The notes beneath the pieces were generated by a model. The model searched no databases. It worked only from the letters and a program-made list of their open reading frames with translations, and was not told the DNA's origin. A stretch of DNA of 64,000 bases from Pseudomonadota bacterium (GTDB lineage Bacteria > Bdellovibrionota_G > JALEGL01 > DATDPG01): contig JAZDDX010000035.1 in NCBI GenBank assembly GCA_043809315.1, positions 31,921-95,920 on the forward strand, given 5' to 3'. The position numbers and the translations under genes are program-made. Below, piece after piece: positions 55,375 through 64,000 of the stretch. Numbering within the stretch: the first letter of the stretch is position 1; every line of letters starts with the position of its first letter.

Positions 55375-58300
55375 TCAGCTTACGTCGATTCCGTGGAGGG
55401 AGACTTCCGGATTCGTGATCGGCTCCGGCGCCTCCTTTGGGATCCGGATCGTGAACGTCGCCCCCTTCCCCACGCCGTCCGACGCGACGGTTAGGGTTCC
55501 ACCATGCTGTCCTTCGACGATGGAGCGAACGATGTAGAGCCCCAATCCCGTTCCTTCCGTGGGAGATTTCGTTGTGAAGAACGGTCGGCAAAGATTCGGC
55601 AAGGTCTCCGGCTTGATCCCGGCCCCGTTGTCGCGGATCGACAGTTCGAACTCCGCTCCGAGATCGCGTCCTTTGACGATGATCTTTCCGGCCCCGTCGG
55701 AAGGACACGCTTCGATCGCGTTCCCGATCAAGTTGACCAGGATCTCGTGGAACGAGGCGTACCCGAGAAGTTTGACCCCCTCGGTTCCGAACAGTTCGAC
55801 GGCGACCCCCTTCAATTTGATCTTGTCGGCGTGGAGTGATTTGGCCAGTTCGATCGAGTCGGCGAGGTTGATCTCGGTTCTTTGTTTCGAACCGCTCGAA
55901 TAGGTGCGAACGGCGTCGACCAACGTCCGGATCCGTTCCATGGCACGGTCGATGACGGCGCTCGTCGCGTCCAACTTCTCCTGGAGCTTGGCGGCCTCCT
56001 CAGGGGACGCTTTCTGCATCCGGGCGATCAGGTCGGCGGCCATCGCCCGCTGAAATTTGACGTTGTTGACCAGTTGATTGATGCCGTTCCGGATCTGGTG
56101 GGCCATCCCGCCGGCCAGATACCCGAGCTCGATGACTTTTTCGTTGTTGGCGATCCACTCGGCGGTCTTGTGCGCCTCGATCTGGGCCCGTACCCGGGCC
56201 AATAAGATCTCGCGCCGGAACGGTTTGGTGACGTAGTCGTTCGCCCCTCCGCGCAGAAGCCGAGTGATCGTTTCTTCGTCGTCGTGGGAACTCAACATAA
56301 TGATCGGAAGCGCCTGAAGCTTGGGGGACTTCCTCGCCGCCTCGACCAGTTCGTCGCCGCGCATCTGCGGCATCATGATGTCGGTGACGAGGGCGTCGAA
56401 CGGCTCGCTCTTCAAGCGCTCCAGGGCCTTCTTCCCGTCCGGAGCGAAGTGGACGTTGTACTCGTCAGCCAGGGCGGTAAAGACGATCTGCGCGACCTCG
56501 GGGTTGTCCTCGGCAACGAGAAGAGTCGGTCTCCCTTCTTGGGTCTTCTCCGGGCGCTCTCTCGGGTAGGCGACGTCGAGCGTGCCGTGCAGGACGCTCT
56601 TTCGGGAAGGATCGTCGACGCTCGCCTCTGCGATGATTTCGACATCCTGGGAGAGGGGCAATGCAACGACAAACTTGGAGCCGCCGAATTCGGACTCCAC
56701 CACCGATACCTTTCCGTTGTGGAGTTCCGCCATCTCTTTGACGAACGAGAGGCCGATTCCGGAGCCGCCATGCTCCTTCAAAGAGGTCCGGCTGGACTGG
56801 TAGTACCGGTCGAAAATCTTGTCGCGTTCGGCGGGGGGAATGCCGATGCCGCTGTCGCTCACTTCGAAGTAGGCGCGCGCTGAATCGGTCCGCATCGAAA
56901 CCTTGATGATCGGGGTCGGGTGGTTTTTCCGATCGGCCGGTACGACCCGTCGGTCGGTGAATTTGATTGCGTTGGAGAGGAGGTTGTCGATGACCCGCTC
57001 GATCTTGGGCGGGTCCATGGGGATCTTTAAATTCTCGAAACCGTAGGTGTCGACTTGAAATTCGATCCCCTTTTGCGCGCAGAGCAGGCGGAACGGCTCG
57101 GCCCAGCCGGAGAGAAGTTCAGCGGGGTGGACGAGCTTCCAGTCGAGCTTGAGCGTACCCGACTCGGCCTTCAACGTGTCGAGCATCGTCGTGATCATGT
57201 CGAGCAATCGGCGTAATGACCGATCGACCGGTTTCAGCTTCTCGCCGACCAAATCCCGCATCTCGCTCGCCAGCTCCTCCACCGCCCCCAGCGCGATCGT
57301 GATCGGCGTCTTGAAATCGTGCGACACGTTCGCGAAGAAGCGCTCCTTCATCTTTTCCATTGCGCGTAATCGATCGAGCGCCATGCCGAGGTCTTTGGTG
57401 CGAGCATCGACTTGTTGCTCGACGTGGAGGAAGGCATCGCCATATTCTTTTGCGAGCGCTAATGCGGTGGCGGAAAGCATTACCGCAAAACCAAACGGGA
57501 GAAACCACGGGGGGCCGCTTGGCATAAAAGTCATCCCAACATCATGGACACTTGCCAGGAAAACCGCTGTAAACGCCAACATGTAGCGCCAAAGACCTGG
57601 CGACCGACTCCGGACCCAACCCCAAATCGCCTGTCCGTAAGCCAAGAAAAACGCGAGTAAAAAGACTGAATACCACAGCCGATAGGCTTCATAGACGCTC
57701 ATAAAACCGTTGCGGGACAGAACCACAGCGGCCGAAACGAGACTCAACCCAACAAAAGGATAAAAAAGTTTTTTTGAGATCGTTCGAGTGCGACTGAAGA
57801 AGAACCAAATAAATGTACAGGCGCTCGCAATCGCGCTGATGGCATTAAATTTCAGCACAGCCGGCAGGTCGGAGAACAAGCGATATGGGATCCCACTTAG
57901 AGAAAACTCCAGGCAACCCACGCTGAGAGAGCAGAGCGCAAAGATTCCGTTGTAGGAACGGGTGGGGACAAGAAGGTAGACAAAGAGGTAGTACAGCCCA
58001 ACAGCGATGAGCAGTAATCCGAACAAAGCGAGAAGATCCGTATCGATAAATCCGACGACGGATGCCCAAGGTTGAATTCGGCTTGCCTCGCCGATGCCAA
58101 TCGGACCGATATAGATCCCAGCCGTATCGGGGGTATCCCATTTGAATAGCTGAACCTCAATGTCAACGAATGGCTTTATGCCCTTTGGAAGACATTCCTT
58201 AGAGATTGGGTACGTTCGCAAAAGCCCCCACCACCAGCCCACTTGGGCGGAATCACCGCCCAATCCAGACCGTCCTACCTCGCAGCCATTTAGGCTTACA

Positions 58301-58647
58301 ACATCGGAGTCGCCAATTCGGCCAAGAACGATCATTGGCCTCGATAGATTTGCAAACAGGTCAGTCGGAATACTTTTCCGAAGAATCCATGTCCGGGTGC
58401 CCTTGAGGCTCGGCTCCCGAATGAAATTCGTGGGAAGCGTGAGACCCTTCTCAAGGATTTGTCCCTGTCGGTCTGTTACCGCCCAACCGGTGGCGAGATC
58501 CTGGCTTCCAACTTCCCGTTTGAGACGGTATTCACAGTAGCGATGGGCCAATATGGGGGCAAGTCCGGCGACAAAGACACACCAAAAAAGAACTTCAAGG
58601 GCAGTCGAGCGCCACCCGCGTGATCGCATGTCCTGATAGTAGGTCAA
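55375..58647 (-). CDS. Hybrid sensor histidine kinase with 7TM-DISM-type N-terminus, HisKA/HATPase, receiver and a second kinase core
   Basis: Periplasmic domain plus 7 TM helices. H-box (FFANVSHDFKTPI), HATPase (DSGIGIP...GGSGIGLS), REC (LLVAEDN...VTDIMMP), a second H-box (GGMAHQIRN) and HATPase (DNGAGI...GTGLGLYIV). Confidence 0.8.
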   Translation of the reverse strand: MTYYQDMRSRGWRSTALEVLFWCVFVAGLAPILAHRYCEYRLKREVGSQDLATGWAVTDRQGQILEKGLTLPTNFIREPSLKGTRTWILRKSIPTDLFANLSRPMIVLGRIGDSDVVSLNGCEVGRSGLGGDSAQVGWWWGLLRTYPISKECLPKGIKPFVDIEVQLFKWDTPDTAGIYIGPIGIGEASRIQPWASVVGFIDTDLLALFGLLLIAVGLYYLFVYLLVPTRSYNGIFALCSLSVGCLEFSLSGIPYRLFSDLPAVLKFNAISAIASACTFIWFFFSRTRTISKKLFYPFVGLSLVSAAVVLSRNGFMSVYEAYRLWYSVFLLAFFLAYGQAIWGWVRSRSPGLWRYMLAFTAVFLASVHDVGMTFMPSGPPWFLPFGFAVMLSATALALAKEYGDAFLHVEQQVDARTKDLGMALDRLRAMEKMKERFFANVSHDFKTPITIALGAVEELASEMRDLVGEKLKPVDRSLRRLLDMITTMLDTLKAESGTLKLDWKLVHPAELLSGWAEPFRLLCAQKGIEFQVDTYGFENLKIPMDPPKIERVIDNLLSNAIKFTDRRVVPADRKNHPTPIIKVSMRTDSARAYFEVSDSGIGIPPAERDKIFDRYYQSSRTSLKEHGGSGIGLSFVKEMAELHNGKVSVVESEFGGSKFVVALPLSQDVEIIAEASVDDPSRKSVLHGTLDVAYPRERPEKTQEGRPTLLVAEDNPEVAQIVFTALADEYNVHFAPDGKKALERLKSEPFDALVTDIMMPQMRGDELVEAARKSPKLQALPIIMLSSHDDEETITRLLRGGANDYVTKPFRREILLARVRAQIEAHKTAEWIANNEKVIELGYLAGGMAHQIRNGINQLVNNVKFQRAMAADLIARMQKASPEEAAKLQEKLDATSAVIDRAMERIRTLVDAVRTYSSGSKQRTEINLADSIELAKSLHADKIKLKGVAVELFGTEGVKLLGYASFHEILVNLIGNAIEACPSDGAGKIIVKGRDLGAEFELSIRDNGAGIKPETLPNLCRPFFTTKSPTEGTGLGLYIVRSIVEGQHGGTLTVASDGVGKGATFTIRIPKEAPEPITNPEVSLHGIDVS

Positions 58648-58666
58648 CTTTCCAAGGATACGAACT

Positions 58667-60718
58667 TTAACTTGTTTTGTTGCTCGTATGCTTTCTAGCA
58701 GCGTTCCGTCTGGCTACCAAATGCCCAAAGAGCATGTTTGCAAAGGCATGATACCGCCTTGCCGCCACGCATCTTGATATCCATCGCGCCGAGACAGAGA
58801 TGAAGCTGAGCCCCCAGTTAACGTATTCGTCCTTTTTGTCACCCTCGATGAGAACGAGGAACTTATCTTTACCGAGTGCGCGGTAATGGTTGACGCACCC
58901 ACGAAGGAGTTCGCGGGTTATCTCGCAGCTTTGACCGGCATACTTCGGCAAGATGTCCACATGCACGAGGTCAAAAAGCCCAAAGACATTAACTCCTGAA
59001 CTTTCGCTCTCCGCCCGACAGAAACCGGCAAACTCTCCATTCACGCGCGCAACCAGGAAGGTCCTATTTCTCTCCAAACCGAACGGACGCATCTCCGCAT
59101 TCAGATCCGATAAATCCAGAACACTTTCCGCCACGAGGGAGAATGCACCACGCTCGAGCGGCGATCGACAAAGTTCACAAAACCGGACAACTCTCTGCAG
59201 ATCCCACCGGGTTGCCTCCGTGACAACGATCGTCTCATTCGTCTCGGTGAAATTCGTGTCCGTGGTCGAAGCTTCAAAAAACTGGAATAGCTTTAGCTCT
59301 TGATGATTCGGAAATCGATAGGTTTTTACAAAGTCAAAGTAGTTCCTCTGATTCCACGATTTTTCCGAATCGGTGATGCTTAAAAAATATTCCGCGCCCT
59401 CCCCGGAGAGCACATCTGTCGTCATCGAGTACAACTCTCGACCGACCAGTTTTGAAACCTTCGGATCGATTGCAAGGTGATGCACACACCAGGTTTTCGG
59501 GTAAACACGATCCATCTGTAAGTGGCCGACGATCGTCCCGTCATGACAAATCAACGCTCTTTTCGAGAGCTTGGTTCCCGCCTGCTTGAGCGCCTCCCAG
59601 GTCCCCTTGGTCACGTCAATTAGGTGCGTAAAGCTTCCCCGGTTCTTAAGGTCTAAGTAGCCGCTCCGATCGAACAGATCCCAAATCTGCTTGTGATCTG
59701 CCTCTTGATAGGTAAACGACAACGTCGGATACCGCGCTTCAAGAATCGTATTGTGCCAATTCGTTCGATCATCGTCAGTCGCGGTCTCGAACCCGATCCC
59801 GATCGCGTACTGATTCTCCTCCGGAATCCACCGATAGCCGCGGACCATCCCCTTCCCTTCGATCTTCACCCCCGTCGACGTCGCGATCCGGACCTTCTCA
59901 AACTTGAACCCAACGGGCGCCGCAATCTCCCCCGACGGATCGATCACCGAGATCCCATGCTCGCTGAAATCGTAAACCTTGAGATCTTTCGAATGGACCC
60001 CGAGAAGCTCGCTCTCCACCTCGATCGTGAGCGTCCGGTCGTTCGCCCCGTTCAGAACCCGAACCGTCTCCCGCCGTAACAGCCGCGCCACCTTCTTCGG
60101 CAGTTCGATCTTAATCCGATCCCCCTCTACCGAAACGATCTTCCCCTCGAGCGCATGACACGTCTGAAAAATCTCGAACCGGAACGACGCGACCCCAGTT
60201 TCCAGCCGCCCCCGCTTCGCCTCGTGAACCTCCGCCTCCATCTGATTCGGCGCCTCGAACTTCTTCGGAATCAGCGTTACTTCCCCGCGGAGTTGCCTCG
60301 CCTCCACCAAACATTCCGGCCCTTTCGTCGCCAAATCTCCGAACAGCGTCGTCAACGTCTCTGCATCCTCGATCAGATCCCACCCCGGATCTTCCGTCGT
60401 AAACGACACGGGTCGCTCCGAAGCATCGGTCGTCAACAACACCCCCACCGACCCCTCGAACTGTCCCGGCTTTAGATGTCTCACTCTCCCGTGATACGTC
60501 TCGTCCCGCACGTGGAACTCTACGGGCGTATCGACTCCCTTCGCCCACTTGAACGCGTCGCTCGCCACGCGAAGACCGACGCCGCGCAGAGAATAATCCT
60601 TGAGTTGCGCCGGAAACGGATGCCCGCCGACACTCAAGGTCGCTCGAACCTCCGACCGGGGGATCGCACGAGAGAACTTCCGCTGACTTTCAGGAACCAG
60701 TTTCATGCCGTTCTTCAT
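58667..60718 (-). CDS. Large cytoplasmic protein with multiple PilZ-like domains (putative c-di-GMP effector) and a C-terminal alpha/beta domain
   Basis: Repeated PilZ-like beta-barrel segments (RSEVRATLSVGGHPFPAQLKDYSLRGVGL..., RLLRRETVRVL..., KVYDFSEHGISVI...). About 55-58% GC. Immediately downstream of the hybrid kinase. Confidence 0.5.
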   Translation of the reverse strand: MKNGMKLVPESQRKFSRAIPRSEVRATLSVGGHPFPAQLKDYSLRGVGLRVASDAFKWAKGVDTPVEFHVRDETYHGRVRHLKPGQFEGSVGVLLTTDASERPVSFTTEDPGWDLIEDAETLTTLFGDLATKGPECLVEARQLRGEVTLIPKKFEAPNQMEAEVHEAKRGRLETGVASFRFEIFQTCHALEGKIVSVEGDRIKIELPKKVARLLRRETVRVLNGANDRTLTIEVESELLGVHSKDLKVYDFSEHGISVIDPSGEIAAPVGFKFEKVRIATSTGVKIEGKGMVRGYRWIPEENQYAIGIGFETATDDDRTNWHNTILEARYPTLSFTYQEADHKQIWDLFDRSGYLDLKNRGSFTHLIDVTKGTWEALKQAGTKLSKRALICHDGTIVGHLQMDRVYPKTWCVHHLAIDPKVSKLVGRELYSMTTDVLSGEGAEYFLSITDSEKSWNQRNYFDFVKTYRFPNHQELKLFQFFEASTTDTNFTETNETIVVTEATRWDLQRVVRFCELCRSPLERGAFSLVAESVLDLSDLNAEMRPFGLERNRTFLVARVNGEFAGFCRAESESSGVNVFGLFDLVHVDILPKYAGQSCEITRELLRGCVNHYRALGKDKFLVLIEGDKKDEYVNWGLSFISVSARWISRCVAARRYHAFANMLFGHLVARRNAARKHTSNKTS

Positions 60719-60887
60719 CTATAGATCACGACTCATGCCATGCGGCGAGCGATTTTCAGGAAAATAACATACTGAAATTGTGGCCGTTTTTCAAGTGGGC
60801 GGATCGGAATCCTACGCATTGAGACATCGACGCCTCCCAGCGGAAGGGACACTCTCCTTTCCGACAGTTATAGTCGTGCAACCCCAT

Positions 60888-61532
60888 ATGGACTTCCGAA
60901 TCATCTCCACCGTCGTTCTCGTTCTTCTGATCTTCGTCCTCCCCCTCCTCCCGAAGCCGGAGCTTCTTTGTTCTTGGCCGGTTGTGCTCTCGGCGATCGC
61001 GGGGATCTTCTTGAACGCGAGCCAACCGCCGATCCTTCCGAAACATCTGGTCGGAAAAAGCGACAAAGACAGGCGAAGCGTTCTCGCAATTCTGATCGCC
61101 GGAGGGCTTACATTTCTGATCCCCTTGCTCGATTTCGCATACGGACGTCAGGCGCGACCTCCGTTCGATAGCTGCTGGTCGTACGTCGGTTTGATTCTCA
61201 TCGTCGGAGGGCTGGCGTTCCGCTATTGGGCCATCCGCGTTCTCGGTCGCTTCTTCACCTCGACCGTCGAGGTGAAAGGGGATCAAACCGTCATCCAGAG
61301 CGGGCCGTATCGTTACTTGCGACATCCGAGTTACCTCGGAACCCTCGTCATGGCGGTTGGCGTGCCGATTCTTTATCGCAGTTACATCGGGATCGCGTTC
61401 TCACTTGTGGGATTCTCGATCGCCTATGCCATCCGGATCACCGCGGAAGAAAAAGCTCTCGTCTCCGACCTAGGTCAGCCGTATGTGGACTACCAAAAGC
61501 GGACGTGGCGCTTGATTCCTTTTGTCTTCTGA
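60888..61532 (+). CDS. Isoprenylcysteine carboxyl methyltransferase / phospholipid methyltransferase family membrane protein
   Basis: Multi-TM protein; the C-terminal signature GPYRYLRHPSYLG...E is typical of the ICMT/PEMT family. Confidence 0.7.
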   Translation: MDFRIISTVVLVLLIFVLPLLPKPELLCSWPVVLSAIAGIFLNASQPPILPKHLVGKSDKDRRSVLAILIAGGLTFLIPLLDFAYGRQARPPFDSCWSYVGLILIVGGLAFRYWAIRVLGRFFTSTVEVKGDQTVIQSGPYRYLRHPSYLGTLVMAVGVPILYRSYIGIAFSLVGFSIAYAIRITAEEKALVSDLGQPYVDYQKRTWRLIPFVF

Positions 61533-61565
61533 CCGTTTTGCCGTCATCATTTTGTCAGGAGAAAA

Positions 61566-62783
61566 ATGGTGATGACAAAACGGCTTCCCCTGATTCTGAT
61601 TTCCCTACTTCTTACCTCTAACGCTTGGGCCAGCGGGCTTTCCAAGCCGGTTTTGATCGGCCCGAAAGCGATCGGGATGGGGGGGGCGTTCACGGCGATC
61701 GCGGACGATCCGACCGCCATTTTCCACAATCCCGCCGGGATTACGCAGCTCAAGGGGCATCAGTTTGAAATCGGGATGGACGGCCTGATCACGAGCGAGG
61801 ATTACACCCCCGACCAGACCGCTTTCCCCGGGGCACCGACCGAAAGCGCCGAGCAACAGTTCCTCCCGGTTCCGTCGTTCGGATACACCACTGATGCGGC
61901 GAAATACGTGACGCTCGGCCTCGGCCTCTTCTTCCCGCACGGAAACGGCGGTGAATTCCCGGCCGTATCGATCGCCCCCGGCAACCCGAAGGAGGGACGG
62001 ATCTACTCGATGGAGATCGCCCCCGCCGTCGCGTACCAGATCGTTCCCCAGTTGAGCGTCGGCGCCACCTTTCGCTTGGTCCGGATCTCTTCAGGGCTCA
62101 AAGGCCAGATGGTGATCGTCAACACCCTCCCGACGATGGTCGAAGACTTGAGTCTCTCCGGGTGGGGGATCGGCACGTCGTTCGGATTCCTCTACAAACC
62201 GATCTCCTGGTTATCGATCGGTGGAACCTACCGGTCGAAGATCTCCAAGATCCTCGACGGAAACGCCACGATTACGGGCCTCCCGGCTCCCATTCCGGTT
62301 TCCCTCGACGAACAGACCCTCCCGACGCTCGTGACCGTCGGCGCCGCTTTCTTCCCCAACGAAAAGCTGACGGTCGCCCTCGGGTACGGATGGGAACGGA
62401 ACTCCGAGATCGAAACGTTGACACTCCACGCCCCTGCTCTCGGCGTGAACCTCCCCATTCCTTATAGCTACAGCGATTCGAATACGATCCATCTCGGCGG
62501 GGAGTATTGGGTGCTTCCGGAACTCGCGGTTCGGGCGGGGTACGCGAAAGATCTCGAGGAGTCGATCCCCGCTCGTTCGATGAACCGGATCGTCGGGGAT
62601 ATTGCTGCGACGGAGATTTCGCTGGGTGTTGCCTACAAGGTGAACCGATACACCCTCGCAGGAACCTGGAACGCACGCTTCGGAAGCCGGACGATCCCGC
62701 TCAACGGGACAACGAACCCCGCTCCGGGCGCCTACGACGCCATCGTCCAGGCGGTGAGCGTCGGCGTCAGCTTCGGGATCTGA
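61566..62783 (+). CDS. Outer-membrane transport protein, OMPP1/FadL/TodX family
   Basis: Signal peptide (LLLTSNAWA), NPAGI N-terminal motif, alternating beta-strand pattern, C-terminal Phe-containing terminal strand (VGVSFGI). Confidence 0.65.
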   Translation: MVMTKRLPLILISLLLTSNAWASGLSKPVLIGPKAIGMGGAFTAIADDPTAIFHNPAGITQLKGHQFEIGMDGLITSEDYTPDQTAFPGAPTESAEQQFLPVPSFGYTTDAAKYVTLGLGLFFPHGNGGEFPAVSIAPGNPKEGRIYSMEIAPAVAYQIVPQLSVGATFRLVRISSGLKGQMVIVNTLPTMVEDLSLSGWGIGTSFGFLYKPISWLSIGGTYRSKISKILDGNATITGLPAPIPVSLDEQTLPTLVTVGAAFFPNEKLTVALGYGWERNSEIETLTLHAPALGVNLPIPYSYSDSNTIHLGGEYWVLPELAVRAGYAKDLEESIPARSMNRIVGDIAATEISLGVAYKVNRYTLAGTWNARFGSRTIPLNGTTNPAPGAYDAIVQAVSVGVSFGI

Positions 62784-62795
62784 ACCGGGAGTCCT

Positions 62796-63833
62796 TTGCC
62801 AACCGTTCTCGCCATCAACAGCCTCGATCAGAGGTACGGATCGACCTACCGTTTCCGCGCGCTCTGCAACCTTCTCCGGGATTCGGGACTCGAAGTTCGA
62901 TACGTCGAGAACCGGACGAATGCGTTCTTCAAACTGGCTCTGGCGAAATGGGCGGCGACGTTTTTACGGTACGACCTTCTCTTCACGCAGAAGTTCAACC
63001 CGATCACGATTACGGCGATAATCGTAGCTCGTCTCCGCGGCAAACCGGTGATTGTCGATTGGGACGACTTCGATGTCGGTCTGCAGGGAAATTGCCTGAA
63101 ACGATGGGTCGCGACAGTCTGCGAACGGTTCGGTCCGCGGCTGGCGTCCGAGATCACGACCCACAGCAAGGCGATCCTCGCTCATGCGGAGACGATCCGG
63201 CCGACGCACCTGATCCCTCAGGGGTTCAATCCGAAACTTTTCTCCCCGTTCCCTCCGAAACGAAGCGCCGGACGGCGACGCTTCGGGTTCACCGAAACCG
63301 ACCGGGTGGTCGGGCACCTCTGCACCTTTACCTCCGGCGGGACGCTCGATCTCGACGTTATCTTACGGAGCTGGACGGAGTCACCTCTCGCGGACGCAAA
63401 ATTCCTCTTGATTGGCGGGGGTCCGTTGGAACGAAGAATTCGGAACCGGGTTCGAGGGCTGGAGCTCGAACGACGGGTCACGTTCACCGGTCTTCTTCCG
63501 CACGACGAGGTCCCCGAGGCTGTTTCCTGTCTCGATGTCGGCGTCGTATTCATGACCGATTCACCCGCGAACCTCGCGCGCGTCTCGTTCAAGGTGATCG
63601 AATCCCTCGCCATGAACATCCCGGTCGTCGGCCAACTGGTCGGCGAGACGGCGTTCCGTTTCGGCGCGAACGTCACCCCCGCGACCGTCGAGACCCTCTC
63701 GGAGGTAACTGCTCAAATCGCCCGCCGGACCGACCTCCCCGCCACTTACGATGCGGTCCGCCCCTACGAGTGGGAGGTTGCCGCGGCAGGGCTTGTGAAG
63801 ATCGTGACCGGTCGGATAAAAACGGTGGCGTGA
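62796..63833 (+). CDS. Family 4 (GT-B, GT1-like) glycosyltransferase
   Basis: GT-B fold with the C-terminal E..E-type region (FKVIESLAMNIPVVG). Confidence 0.7.
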   Translation: MPTVLAINSLDQRYGSTYRFRALCNLLRDSGLEVRYVENRTNAFFKLALAKWAATFLRYDLLFTQKFNPITITAIIVARLRGKPVIVDWDDFDVGLQGNCLKRWVATVCERFGPRLASEITTHSKAILAHAETIRPTHLIPQGFNPKLFSPFPPKRSAGRRRFGFTETDRVVGHLCTFTSGGTLDLDVILRSWTESPLADAKFLLIGGGPLERRIRNRVRGLELERRVTFTGLLPHDEVPEAVSCLDVGVVFMTDSPANLARVSFKVIESLAMNIPVVGQLVGETAFRFGANVTPATVETLSEVTAQIARRTDLPATYDAVRPYEWEVAAAGLVKIVTGRIKTVA

Positions 63834-64000
63834 TGCAGCTTACCTCCCGCGTCGACATCAACGTCGGTTACTCGTGCAACGAGCGGTGCAAGTTCTGTTA
63901 CTACATTCAGACCGTCAAGGACCGGGACAAAGAGAAAGATCTCCCGACGGCCGAGGTCAAGAAACAGATCGCCTACATCCGGAATCGGGGGATCGAGACA
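63833..64000 (+). CDS. Radical SAM protein (N-terminal fragment, continues beyond the window)
   Basis: ATG overlaps the GT4 stop (TGATG). CNERCKFC = CxxxCxxC radical-SAM cluster motif at residues 15-22. Confidence 0.7.
   Translation, partial: MQLTSRVDINVGYSCNERCKFCYYIQTVKDRDKEKDLPTAEVKKQIAYIRNRGIET

Noticed and set aside
1-64000. CRISPR arrays, rRNA/tRNA genes, insertion sequences, integrases
   Set aside because: I found no direct-repeat arrays, no transposase/integrase-like ORFs and no convincing structured RNA genes on either strand by eye. Lower-GC patches were attributed to individual accessory genes.

Overview
This 64-kb window is high-GC (about 65%) and gene-dense. The organism looks Gram-negative: FadL-like outer-membrane protein, ExbB/ExbD, lipoproteins and type IV pilins are present. 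My guess is a deltaproteobacterial or myxobacterial-type lineage, or a candidate-phylum lineage; that guess is unverified. The centre of the window (29.6-47.3 kb, minus strand) is a complete dcw cell-division and cell-wall cluster, mraZ-rsmH-ftsL-ftsI-murE-murF-mraY-murD-ftsW-murG-murC-murB-ddl-ftsQ-ftsA-ftsZ. Almost every junction in it is a 4-nt ATGA start/stop overlap. Flanking housekeeping genes include xseAB, rimK, a cbpA-like J-protein, a thiolase-hbd-crt operon, secG-tpiA-pgk, rpoZ, gmk-yicC, rplU-rpmA-obg-rsfS-rlmH, fabH and acpS. Accessory content includes a c-di-GMP and cyclic-nucleotide signalling set (GAF-GGDEF cyclase overlapping ftsB, a TPR/2xcNMP-binding protein directly after ftsZ, REC-PilZ and multi-PilZ proteins, a hybrid 7TM sensor kinase), a patatin phospholipase, a vWA lipoprotein and a sugar/lipid-modification locus. 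The most unusual locus is 53.0-55.3 kb: an HPr-kinase-C-like P-loop kinase, then an in-frame TGA plus a perfect palindrome, then an unannotated 59-codon Lys-rich/Pro-Ala-rich ORF, convergent with a PF14907-type nucleotidyltransferase. Several conserved genes carry transition-type lesions: obg has an in-frame TAG where CAG is expected, and rsfS has ATA where an ATG start is expected. These look like sequence errors or recent damage rather than true pseudogenes. I found no rRNA, tRNA, CRISPR array or obvious mobile element.
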